Shown here: positions 38,418-46,900 of the stretch, piece after piece | Numbering within the stretch: position 1 is the stretch's first letter | Layout: every line of letters starts with the position of its first letter | Source of the DNA: Chitinophagaceae bacterium | GTDB taxonomy: Bacteria > Bacteroidota > Bacteroidia > Chitinophagales > Chitinophagaceae | Reading direction: 5' to 3' | Assembly (NCBI GenBank): GCA_019638595.1 | Contig: JAHBTJ010000007.1 | Location: forward strand, 229,674 to 293,673 | Length of the DNA: 64,000 nt | Position numbers and translations under genes: made by a program | The notes under the pieces: generated by a model | Database searches by the model: none | What the model saw: the letters and a program-made list of their open reading frames with translations, nothing else | What the model was told of the DNA's origin: nothing

Positions 38418-38569
38418 GTATTTTAGACTTTCGGGGAACAGGTATTTTATATGCAGCGATATTTTTGAATTGTATAGACGCAGGAAAGCAATGATGTTCC
38501 GGGCCGCATCGCTACTATGATCGTCTGGTTGTGTCACTTATCCCAATGAGCAGGTTCAACGTGACAGGC

Positions 38570-38699
38570 TTTCGCTGTACGAAGTTTCCAACTTCGTATT
38601 TCCTATGTTCTTACGGGACTTTGTCCCGGAATATTTGTTGCATGCTGAAGCCGCCGGACGGGAGAAAAATGCTAAGCGAAGACGCTTAGCACAGCAAAG
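38570..38699. repeat. ~130-bp multi-hairpin element, family B, copy 3 (direct repeat of 43351-43485)
   Basis: Hairpins TACGAAGTT/AACTTCGTA, CGGGAC/GTCCCG and TGCTAAGCG/CGCTTAGCA; near-identical to 43351-43485. Confidence 0.9.
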
Positions 38700-38744
38700 G
38701 TGGATGATGATGTACTAATTCCCATATTCTGACTGCGAAACTAA

Positions 38745-38804
38745 AAATACGTGAGGGTCTTTTCTAAAGGTACTTATCATGTGCATGGTACTTTCCCGCA
38801 CATT
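38745..38804 (-). pseudogene. Third toxin fragment (not in ORF track)
   Basis: Translates NVRESTMHMISTFRKDPHVF versus TVREGSMHMMSVFRKDPAVF in 41413-42366; the DNA is also clearly homologous. Confidence 0.8.
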
Positions 38805-38820
38805 GGCAAGATTATATAGG

Positions 38821-39960
38821 CTATAATTCATCATATTCATAAACATACAAAATGTCAGGAAATTCAGAAATAAAAAGTCGTTTACCTAAAACTTGCATCC
38901 TGCTAATTTCTAAATTCTCTGCATTACTTTTCCCTAACTTCTGCACCAAAACAATATTTCGATTGAAACGATCAAATAAAGCAATTTTTGAATCATGCCT
39001 GTTAAAAAGATAAATATATTTTTCATCGAAAGGAATATGAGGAAAAGACTGGACTATAAAAGCCTCTTCTGTCAAATTATCAATCTCACAAAAAATCAGC
39101 CTTGGCTCCTTTGAATTTAAGTCAATCTCGAAGTAATAATTCTTTGCAGTTTCGTTCAAACCAAAGTGCCCCAGATAAAATATCTTAAATCGTATCGGAT
39201 CAAATATTGCATCATGATTATAATAATAATTTCTATCTCTATCGTAATTGATTTCTGAAAAAATATCAGAAGTTGCATTTTCAGGCATTCCAATTTTATG
39301 CTCAATATCTCCTGTTTCTATATTTAATGCAATCACTAACCCATTATACAACAAAACCCAAACAAGCTCATCATTTACACCCAAGAACCTGTTGACTTGC
39401 CCGCTCGTAGTAATTCTATCCAGGTTCAACTTCCCTTTATAAAATTGCCCTACTTTGCTTACCGATTGAGTCCAGATAATAGAACCCGTATCAATATCTA
39501 TTCTTTCTACTTTATCATTATCGGCATTCTTTGAAAAACAATATTCTTCAATTAAAACAGGATTGATTATAGCCTCTGTGTCCCATAATTGCACCTGGGT
39601 CTTTATGTCATACAAATATTCCTTAGACTTATCAAAATCTTTATCCAAATAAACTCTTCCAAATAGTTTATCTCTTACGGGAGTCAAATGATAAAGCCTT
39701 CTTTTTTCAAAATCTTCATCTTTAATAACCTCGAAAGTATCTCTATTAATTCTTACCCCTTTACTTGAGAAGAACACTATTACATATTTGTTATAAAGTC
39801 TTACAATGCTTATTATGTCGAATAACCTAAGTACTTGTTCTTTTCCTGATGAAATGTTTGCTTTTATTAAATCAAATTTTCTCGCATAAAAAATATATTC
39901 GCCATCTGTAACCCACTTCTCTGGAAGTACAGAATTAATTGTTCTAAGTTTTATATACAT
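38821..39960 (-). CDS. Putative immunity protein 2 (PQQ-like beta-propeller)
   Basis: Paralog of 40290-41411 (LPEKWV, KVERIDI.TG.IIWTQS.SK.G, RFLGV, Y.E.DLNS..P); ATG 1 nt after the toxin-fragment stop. Confidence 0.7.
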   Translation of the reverse strand: MYIKLRTINSVLPEKWVTDGEYIFYARKFDLIKANISSGKEQVLRLFDIISIVRLYNKYVIVFFSSKGVRINRDTFEVIKDEDFEKRRLYHLTPVRDKLFGRVYLDKDFDKSKEYLYDIKTQVQLWDTEAIINPVLIEEYCFSKNADNDKVERIDIDTGSIIWTQSVSKVGQFYKGKLNLDRITTSGQVNRFLGVNDELVWVLLYNGLVIALNIETGDIEHKIGMPENATSDIFSEINYDRDRNYYYNHDAIFDPIRFKIFYLGHFGLNETAKNYYFEIDLNSKEPRLIFCEIDNLTEEAFIVQSFPHIPFDEKYIYLFNRHDSKIALFDRFNRNIVLVQKLGKSNAENLEISRMQVLGKRLFISEFPDILYVYEYDEL

Positions 39961-39961
39961 G

Positions 39962-40270
39962 TCACCAAATTTCTATAAACGAAAGTTGTTTGAAAAAATT
40001 TTCATTTTTTAATGCCCTTATAAAGTCATCTACACCTTGAACACTCCTGCCGTTTATCAGTTTGAAATGGTGCATAAGCGCTGGATTTGCATTATAGATT
40101 TCCGTAGCATTATTAGCCATAAATTTCTGAAACTCTTTCCTCAACAAGTCAACATCATGCGTCTTTAACTTATTAAAAATATATTTAAAATCATCCCAAT
40201 TCTGCACTGAGCCAATGTACGTTTTGAACTGGTTTAGCTGCTTGTTTAAGTTGCGGGACTGCCTTATTAC
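39962..40270 (-). pseudogene. Orphan toxin C-terminal tip fragment
   Basis: QLNQFKTY...HDVDLLRKEFQKFMANNATEIYNANP is nearly the same as the C-terminus of 41413-42366; it begins after the ExK motif, so no catalytic core. Confidence 0.8.
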
Positions 40271-40289
40271 ATTTTCAATTACTCTAACA

Positions 40290-41411
40290 CTAATTGCTTC
40301 TTTCAAAAACGTGTAGTTTTTTGGAATAATCCAGCACGAACCAATTTGTATTTACCACTTCCATTTTTGTAATGATAGCTCCTTTCTCCGTGTCCAACTT
40401 ATGTACCCACTCTATCTCCTTCGTTTTGCGGTTGAACAATCCAATTTTGCTTTCCTGGAAATCACACGTATAAATATAATCCTCATCAAATGGAAAGACC
40501 GGAGAAGCGCCGCCTTGTACAACAAAGCCTTCTTCACCTATAGTTAATACCGGCTCTATTGTCAATGCCGGCTTTTCGCTATTCAAATCAACTTCACAGT
40601 AACAGTTTGCAGGATTACCGCCATGCGTAGAAGAATATGCAGTTAAAAGAATGATTTTCCCATTATGCTTATCGAAAAGACAATTCTTTGTAATAAATGT
40701 ATTATTCTTTTCTGCATTTTCTATTACAATAAACATATCCTCATTATACTTTGGGCAACCTCTCAATTCATGTTTCAGATTTCCATTCATGACATCATAA
40801 CCCAGCAGCACACCGTTGGTTAACTCAACCCATAAAACATCTTTGTAAACACCTAAAAACCTTCTTACCTCACCTTCGCGGGTTGCTTTTCCAAAAGGTA
40901 TATAATAGCTTCCTATTTTAGATATTGATTGTGTCCAGATAATAGCACCTGTTTCTATATCTATTCTTTCTACTTTATCAGTATTACTAGAAAAACAGTA
41001 GTCATCTAAAATAATAGGGTTAATAGGGAGTTTTGAAAGCCAAACCTGTTTAGAATCCTTTATATTATACAGAAATGTACCTCTATAGTCATCATCTACA
41101 TATTTACGACCAAGCAGCATATCTCGCACAGGGGAAACCTGTTGAAATCTCATACTCTCGAAATCATCATCTTCAATTTTTGAAAAAGTATTTCGATCAA
41201 TACGTGATCCTGTGCTTGAATAAAAAGCAATAACTTCTTCCCCATAATTTCTAACCACAATTATTTTGCTCTGAAGTTGGAGCGTTTTTTTTTCTCCAGA
41301 TTCTATTTTAAGTTTAACTAAATCTGAATCATCTGCGTAGTAAATATGGCTGTGGTCCACAACCCATTTTTCAGGTAGCGCAGGTTTTATTTCTAATATC
41401 TTATTATACAT
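40290..41411 (-). CDS. Putative immunity protein 1 (PQQ-like beta-propeller)
   Basis: 373 aa from ATG 41411, 1 nt after the toxin stop; WTQSIS and GYDVMNG propeller-like blades; AT-rich. Confidence 0.72.
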   Translation of the reverse strand: MYNKILEIKPALPEKWVVDHSHIYYADDSDLVKLKIESGEKKTLQLQSKIIVVRNYGEEVIAFYSSTGSRIDRNTFSKIEDDDFESMRFQQVSPVRDMLLGRKYVDDDYRGTFLYNIKDSKQVWLSKLPINPIILDDYCFSSNTDKVERIDIETGAIIWTQSISKIGSYYIPFGKATREGEVRRFLGVYKDVLWVELTNGVLLGYDVMNGNLKHELRGCPKYNEDMFIVIENAEKNNTFITKNCLFDKHNGKIILLTAYSSTHGGNPANCYCEVDLNSEKPALTIEPVLTIGEEGFVVQGGASPVFPFDEDYIYTCDFQESKIGLFNRKTKEIEWVHKLDTEKGAIITKMEVVNTNWFVLDYSKKLHVFERSN

Positions 41412-41412
41412 A

Positions 41413-42366
41413 TTACCATGTTTCAATAAAAGTGAGCTGCTCATAAAAATTTGGTGTTTTTACTAACCTCTCAAAGTCGTCAATAATATCAACGTTTAAT
41501 CCGTCAGGCATTATGAACTTTTTCATAAGTAACGGGTTTGCATTGTAAATTTCAGTAGCATTCTTAGCCATAAATTTCTGAAACTCTTTCCTCAACAAGT
41601 CAACATCATGCTTCTTTAACTTATTAAACACATATCTAAACTCATCCCAATTATTAACCGAGCTAAGATACATTTTAAACTGGTTTAGCTGATTATCCAG
41701 GTTTACAATACTTTTGTACTGGTAACTTTTGAACTCGTAATACTTCGGTTTGGTTGCTTCCATCATCTCCACGTCAAACTTGCAGGTAGTACATGGTGTC
41801 TCATCAAACACAGCGTCAATTCTATTTATATTTTGTGCGCTAAATACAGCAGGGTCTTTTCTAAAAACACTCATCATATGCATGCTACCTTCACGCACAG
41901 TTGAAAGGGGATGAGTTAATCCCGATTTAATTGTAGCGATAATATCAGGCTTGCTCGCAAACTGCTGCCCAATTGCAAATAGATCATCCAGCATCATATC
42001 CATTCGCCTGGCACCATATAAGGGAAGTCCTTGAAGGTCTTGCTTAACTGCATTGCGGCAGGTGGCACAAGGCATATCATTAGCTGCCTGAATAATATTT
42101 TCCAGTTCCGTAACACCACCTATATTATTTAACGTAGAGGCATTTGCCGGCTTTAAAAACCGGGCTACGGCATTTATAACCTCCGGGTCCTTTGCAAACT
42201 GGGTACTTTCATTAATGGCACTTCTTATTAAAGCAGCGGCCTGGTCTTTTAACGCTTGAGGGATCGGAACAAACCGAACACCTCCTAGTTTATCCAAGGC
42301 TTTGTTTGCATCCCTGGCAAGATCTGAGTTTCCGGCAACTTCAGCTTCTGTTTTTATCCGTTCCAC
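41413..42366 (-). CDS. N-terminally truncated polymorphic toxin C-terminus, putative PD-(D/E)xK nuclease
   Basis: FDVEMMEATKPKYYEFKS (D...ExK), downstream QLNQF..Y, two CxxC (CATC, CTTC); in-frame stop just upstream of the GTG; no delivery domain. Confidence 0.65.
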   Translation of the reverse strand: MERIKTEAEVAGNSDLARDANKALDKLGGVRFVPIPQALKDQAAALIRSAINESTQFAKDPEVINAVARFLKPANASTLNNIGGVTELENIIQAANDMPCATCRNAVKQDLQGLPLYGARRMDMMLDDLFAIGQQFASKPDIIATIKSGLTHPLSTVREGSMHMMSVFRKDPAVFSAQNINRIDAVFDETPCTTCKFDVEMMEATKPKYYEFKSYQYKSIVNLDNQLNQFKMYLSSVNNWDEFRYVFNKLKKHDVDLLRKEFQKFMAKNATEIYNANPLLMKKFIMPDGLNVDIIDDFERLVKTPNFYEQLTFIETW

Positions 42367-42643
42367 AATCCTTGGCTCGACAGGTTAGGCTTTACTTCCG
42401 AACGCAGGGTAACAGTCACTACCATGAACAAATTACTCATTATCCGGCTGGATGAACAGTAAAGCAAAAAGCCGTCAGTTCAATTCGGGTTGGCGGCTTT
42501 ATTTGCAATGCCTGTCAAACCTCAGATTTACTTATCTATACCCTACAAGCGATACTTCCATTTACCAGACAGGCAAAATTATTGTAAATTCGTTGAGTGA
42601 ACCACGAAGTGCTCACGAACACAAGTGCAATAATATAAATGCC

Positions 42644-43174
42644 GTGAGTAAAAAGCGAAAGGAAACAGGACTTGATTTTGAAATAGACAAGCTGACTAAC
42701 TCCATTGAAAATGCAATTTCGGGAGAGGTTTTTGATACATTGGTTTCCCTGGTAACAGACATCAGGCAAATTAAAAAAGCTGAATGGACTTTTAATTGGC
42801 AGGCAGAAATTAAAGACAAGGCAAAAGCTGTTTTCAAGCTAACAACAATAAGTAATCCAGGTGTTATTCATGGGCTTATTGGCTTGACAGATAAAGGAGA
42901 CCACATCTTCATGGACTTGATCGAAAATGCCAAATTCAATAAAGGGAGGAACAAACTTTATAAAGGCGTGGCCGGCAACCCTGTTGCTTTTGCTTGTAAG
43001 ACCTCTTTTGAAAATGGCTATGAAGGTGTTGTGTCTTTTGTCGCTAAAACTCAACTCATTGACCATTACGCATTGACTTTAGGCGCAAAACTATTTAGCG
43101 GTAACAGAATGTTTATAGATACAAAAGAAGCACTCATTTTGACAACAAGATATTTTAAAGAATTCAGGCTATGA
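42644..43174 (+). CDS. GNAT-like hypothetical protein (putative toxin)
   Basis: From GTG 42644 (AT-rich leader): ...IFMDLIENAKFN...YKGVAGN..AFAC..SF..GYEGVVSFVAKT.LIDHY; YKGVA resembles an acetyl-CoA binding loop. Confidence 0.6.
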   Translation: MSKKRKETGLDFEIDKLTNSIENAISGEVFDTLVSLVTDIRQIKKAEWTFNWQAEIKDKAKAVFKLTTISNPGVIHGLIGLTDKGDHIFMDLIENAKFNKGRNKLYKGVAGNPVAFACKTSFENGYEGVVSFVAKTQLIDHYALTLGAKLFSGNRMFIDTKEALILTTRYFKEFRL

Positions 43175-43332
43175 TAAACTTCAAAAAAATGGACGAAAAA
43201 GACTTTGTTTTCATCAGCAAACCTTTGAGTGATAAACAAGACAAAGCATTTAGTGAATTTTTGGAAAGTCGCAAGAAAAAATCCCGGCGAACAAAAACCG
43301 CAAGAAAAACGAAGAAACTTCAAACTCAATAA
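43171..43332 (+). CDS. 53-aa basic protein (putative antitoxin), not in ORF track
   Basis: MINFKKMDEKDFVFISKPLSDKQDKAFSEFLESRKKKSRRTKTARKTKKLQTQ; ATGA overlap with the upstream gene. Confidence 0.7.
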   Translation: MINFKKMDEKDFVFISKPLSDKQDKAFSEFLESRKKKSRRTKTARKTKKLQTQ

Positions 43333-43350
43333 GCACGAACCGCCAACAAT

Positions 43351-43485
43351 TTTCGCTGTACGAAGTTTCCAACTTCGTATTTCCTATGTTCTTACGGGAC
43401 TTTTTCCCGGAATATTTGTTGCATGCTGAAGTCGCCGGAGGCGACAGGAGAAAAATGCTAAGCGAAGACGCTTAGCACAGCAAAG
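43351..43485. repeat. ~135-bp multi-hairpin element, family B, copy 4
   Basis: Direct repeat of 38570-38699 with an intact GTCGCC-GGA-GGCGAC hairpin. Confidence 0.9.
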
Positions 43486-43486
43486 A

Positions 43487-43780
43487 GTGTAGGTGTTGGG
43501 CATAGATTAATGTTTAAATAAATGTACAGAATTTTTATAAGGGTAGCCTCTACGAGGCATGTAAAAATGGCTGTTATCTTTTTTATACAAACGGGTTGCC
43601 GCTATGCGGCATGTTTCAGGATGCCAATATCCCTACTCACATGAACGCAAATATCAGTTTGCTGCATCTCAGCCAGGCGAAACATCGTTGAATCTATTGC
43701 ATTTCCTGTGCCATCGGCACAACCCGTTTGTAGAAAATATTGACATATTTTCACAAATGCCCCGTATGGGGCTACCCTGT
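43487..43780 (-). mobile_element. tnpA 5' stub (MPNTYT) plus four-hairpin REPIN-like unit, family A
   Basis: Homologous to 50902-51196; GGGT(A/T)G-hairpin units at 43541 and 43583 (+), 43708 and 43759 (-). Confidence 0.85.
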
Positions 43781-43926
43781 GTAAAAATTAATGTAATTAA
43801 GCCGAAAATATCGGCAATCCCATAAGCGTTGTTACATTGCGATATATGCATTCAATCAGTATTTTCAGAATTAATGTATTCTTGTTATGCAATTTGCCCG
43901 GCTTCTGCATCCAGCCCTTATAACGC

Positions 43927-46900
43927 ATGCATATGAGAAAATCCCTGCTTTTTTCCCTGTTCCTTTTATTGTTACACATCCACGTTTCCGGCCAGCAGTA
44001 TATTAAAGAAGCCCGTCAAAAAAGCTGGCAATCACTGGTATATAAAATCCCTGCAGACTCAGCAGATAAATACATCCGCAATTGGAAGATCAACATTGAT
44101 GCATATATTCAACAAGCAGTTTTCGCGGTTTGGAATAATGCTATAGAACATTTTGAATTATTGCCGCCCGGTAATTATATAATTGTTGCTGTTGCTGAAA
44201 ATGAGCTGGTAGCAAAATTTTATTGCAAAAGCAATGTCGGGGTAATGCCTGTAAATGACAGGCACAGGCTGCGGTTTGAAATAAGGGACAGTATCGGGAA
44301 TGCGGTTAAGCAGGCTGATATTTGGCTGAACAATAAAAAGCTGCATCATGATCCCGCAACTCAAACTTATATTTCAAATAGCAGGAAAGCAGACGAAGCT
44401 ATTATTAAAGTTGCTGCTGATGGCGATACTTCTTTTTTTGAATTAGCTGCACTTGAAAATTATACAAAAACGTACTGGAATCAACGGTGGACAAACCTCT
44501 ACTATAAAAAACCTGTATATTTTGCCAGTACGCCTGTAAGATTTGTAAAAAGAATGATTACAACGGAGCCTGCCTATTGGTTCCGGAGCACGAGATATTA
44601 CAGGAAAGCAGAACGTGGGTATGTGATCTTCAATCAACCCAAATATAAGCCGGGAGATACGCTTCGCTTGAAAGCATATGTTATAAACAGAAAAGGCAGG
44701 CAATATAAAAAACCGCTTCATCTTCAGCTCAATTATTACAGCAATGGTAAATATTTCAGCAGGCAACTCACCACTTTATCGCCGGTTTCTCCCGGGGCTT
44801 ATGTATATGAGTTTGTTTTAGGAGATTCCTTAGATGCAGACAAAACATATCAGCTTAATTTCCAAAAGAAAAAAGACGAGACAGTTTTAAGTGGAAATTT
44901 TAAGATAGAAGACTATTTGCTGGATGAAGTAGCTACATATTCGCTGCGTTCTGAAAAAGAAAGCTACTACCAAAAAGACACTTTGTTATTTTACGCCAAT
45001 GCCAAAGATGCAAACGGCCTGGCGCTGATGGACGGGAAAGCCAGGATCTATCTTATTGCAAAAAATATCCCCGGGTTTTATCAGCAGCAGGTATTGGTAC
45101 CCGACACTTTATGGCAGCAGGAAAAACCATTGCTTGTAGAAGGCGATACCCGGTTTGAAATTCCTGCATCCTCGTTGCCTGACGCTGACCTGGATATTGA
45201 TGTAACGGTAGAATTCAGGAACAGCAATAATGAAATCCAGGAAAAAGAAGCTTCCATTAAATTATTAAAGAATACCGCTCTAATTAAAGCTGTACAGGAA
45301 GATGGTTATATAACCGCTGAATACCTGAAGAACGGGATATCTATTCCAAAGAAAGGAAAACTATCGTACGGAGATGATGATATGGAAAGGGAAATGCAAT
45401 TTCCTTTCAAAGAAAAAATCAATCCTTTTACAGAAGAATATGAGTTTTGGATAGAAGATGAGGAAGGCAAAGTAACAGTTTTCGAATATACAGCGATTGA
45501 AAAAACAGCCGATGTAATCTTTAGCCGGGTACAGTCAAAAGACAGTTCAGGATTTTCTTTGTACAATCCTTTAAAAGCGAATGTGCATTACAACGTGCTA
45601 TATGGTAATAAAGTAATGACTGCCGGCAGTGATACCGCTGAAAATATTGCATGGATTGACAGGCTGGATAAAAAGAAAATATATTCGGTTGTATGGAATT
45701 ACACCTGGGCCGGTAAAGAGCATAAAGGAGAAAATACCATAGCGTTGCTTTCTAAGCTGCTTGGCACTACCATAAGCGGCGCTGCAAATATTTACCCCGG
45801 GAAAACCGATACGATAAAAATAAATGTGAAGGATTATAAAGGGAAACCCGCATCATCAGTGAATCTTACGGCGGTAAGCTATAACAGCCAGTTCAGTAAA
45901 GATATTAAAGTGCCTGAACCGCCTTACCTGCAACGCTATAAACGTAGAAGCAGGTTATATATGGATGATTATGGATTAGAGAAAGCCGGATTTACTTCAC
46001 AGCAACTGTTGGGCAACCACCAGCAATGGAGAAGCGTATTCGGACTGGATAGCATGTTGTATTATCGCTTTCTTTTCCCGGATAAAGGAAAATATACTTC
46101 TTCAAAATATACCGGCAATTATATACCACAATTATCTGTTTTTGCCGTACAAAAAGGGGTGCCACAGGAAATTTACCTGCTATATATTAACAGGGAACTT
46201 GTGTGGTATAATGGCGTAACTGATTCATCAAGCTATGCTTTCAAAGTTGCGCCCGGTTACGTGCAGGTAGGTTTTAGATTGAAAGATAAGTATGTGGAAA
46301 TTGATAGTATATATGTACAACCCTATTATAAGCATGATATGGTTTTTGACCTGGACATGCTGCCCGCAAATACAAAAGTAATTTCCAGGGAAAATATGTA
46401 TACCTATGTGGAACAGCGGCAACTTGAGCAGCAATTATTCAGGATATCAAATGATGGTAGAACAAACGACGGATATATCTGGCAGAATGATCGCCTGGTT
46501 AAACTAACTCAATCCAGGTCACATATTGTAGGGCCATTTCAGTCCACAGACAGTTTGCAGTTTTTTAAACCCGGCGCCTTTGATCTGAAGTTTGCATTTG
46601 AGCCGGAATATGAATATACGCTCACTCCTGCAATGGCACGACTGGAAAAGAAACCGCTATTCCCTCAAAAACACCGTGTAAAGTTACCCGGTATAAAAAT
46701 AACAAAATGGGTATTAGGCGACACCATTCCTTCTCTGCCGGTTATTCAATACAATACTGTGTATACCCCTCCATATTTATTAGCTAACGATTATTACTAC
46801 ACGAAAAGCATGATGACAGGGGCGGTTTCTGTTCAATTACCTCCTGACAGCAGTTTTATATATGCCATATTGTATAGCATTGATGCGGATAGTAATATTA

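Noticed and set aside
38274-38537. Minus-strand 87-aa ORF overlapping the fabD end
   Set aside because: Half of it is antisense to fabD and no family is recognisable; at most a gene remnant.
42367-42420. Sequence at the toxin truncation point as a group II intron end or integron attC site
   Set aside because: No domain V consensus and no paired RYYYAAC/GTTRRRY boxes that I could establish.
42452-42643. N-terminal 64-aa extension of the GNAT-like ORF
   Set aside because: It spans a hairpin (AAAGCCGTCA...TGGCGGCTTT) and a promoter-like region; GTG 42644 with an AT-rich leader is a better start.
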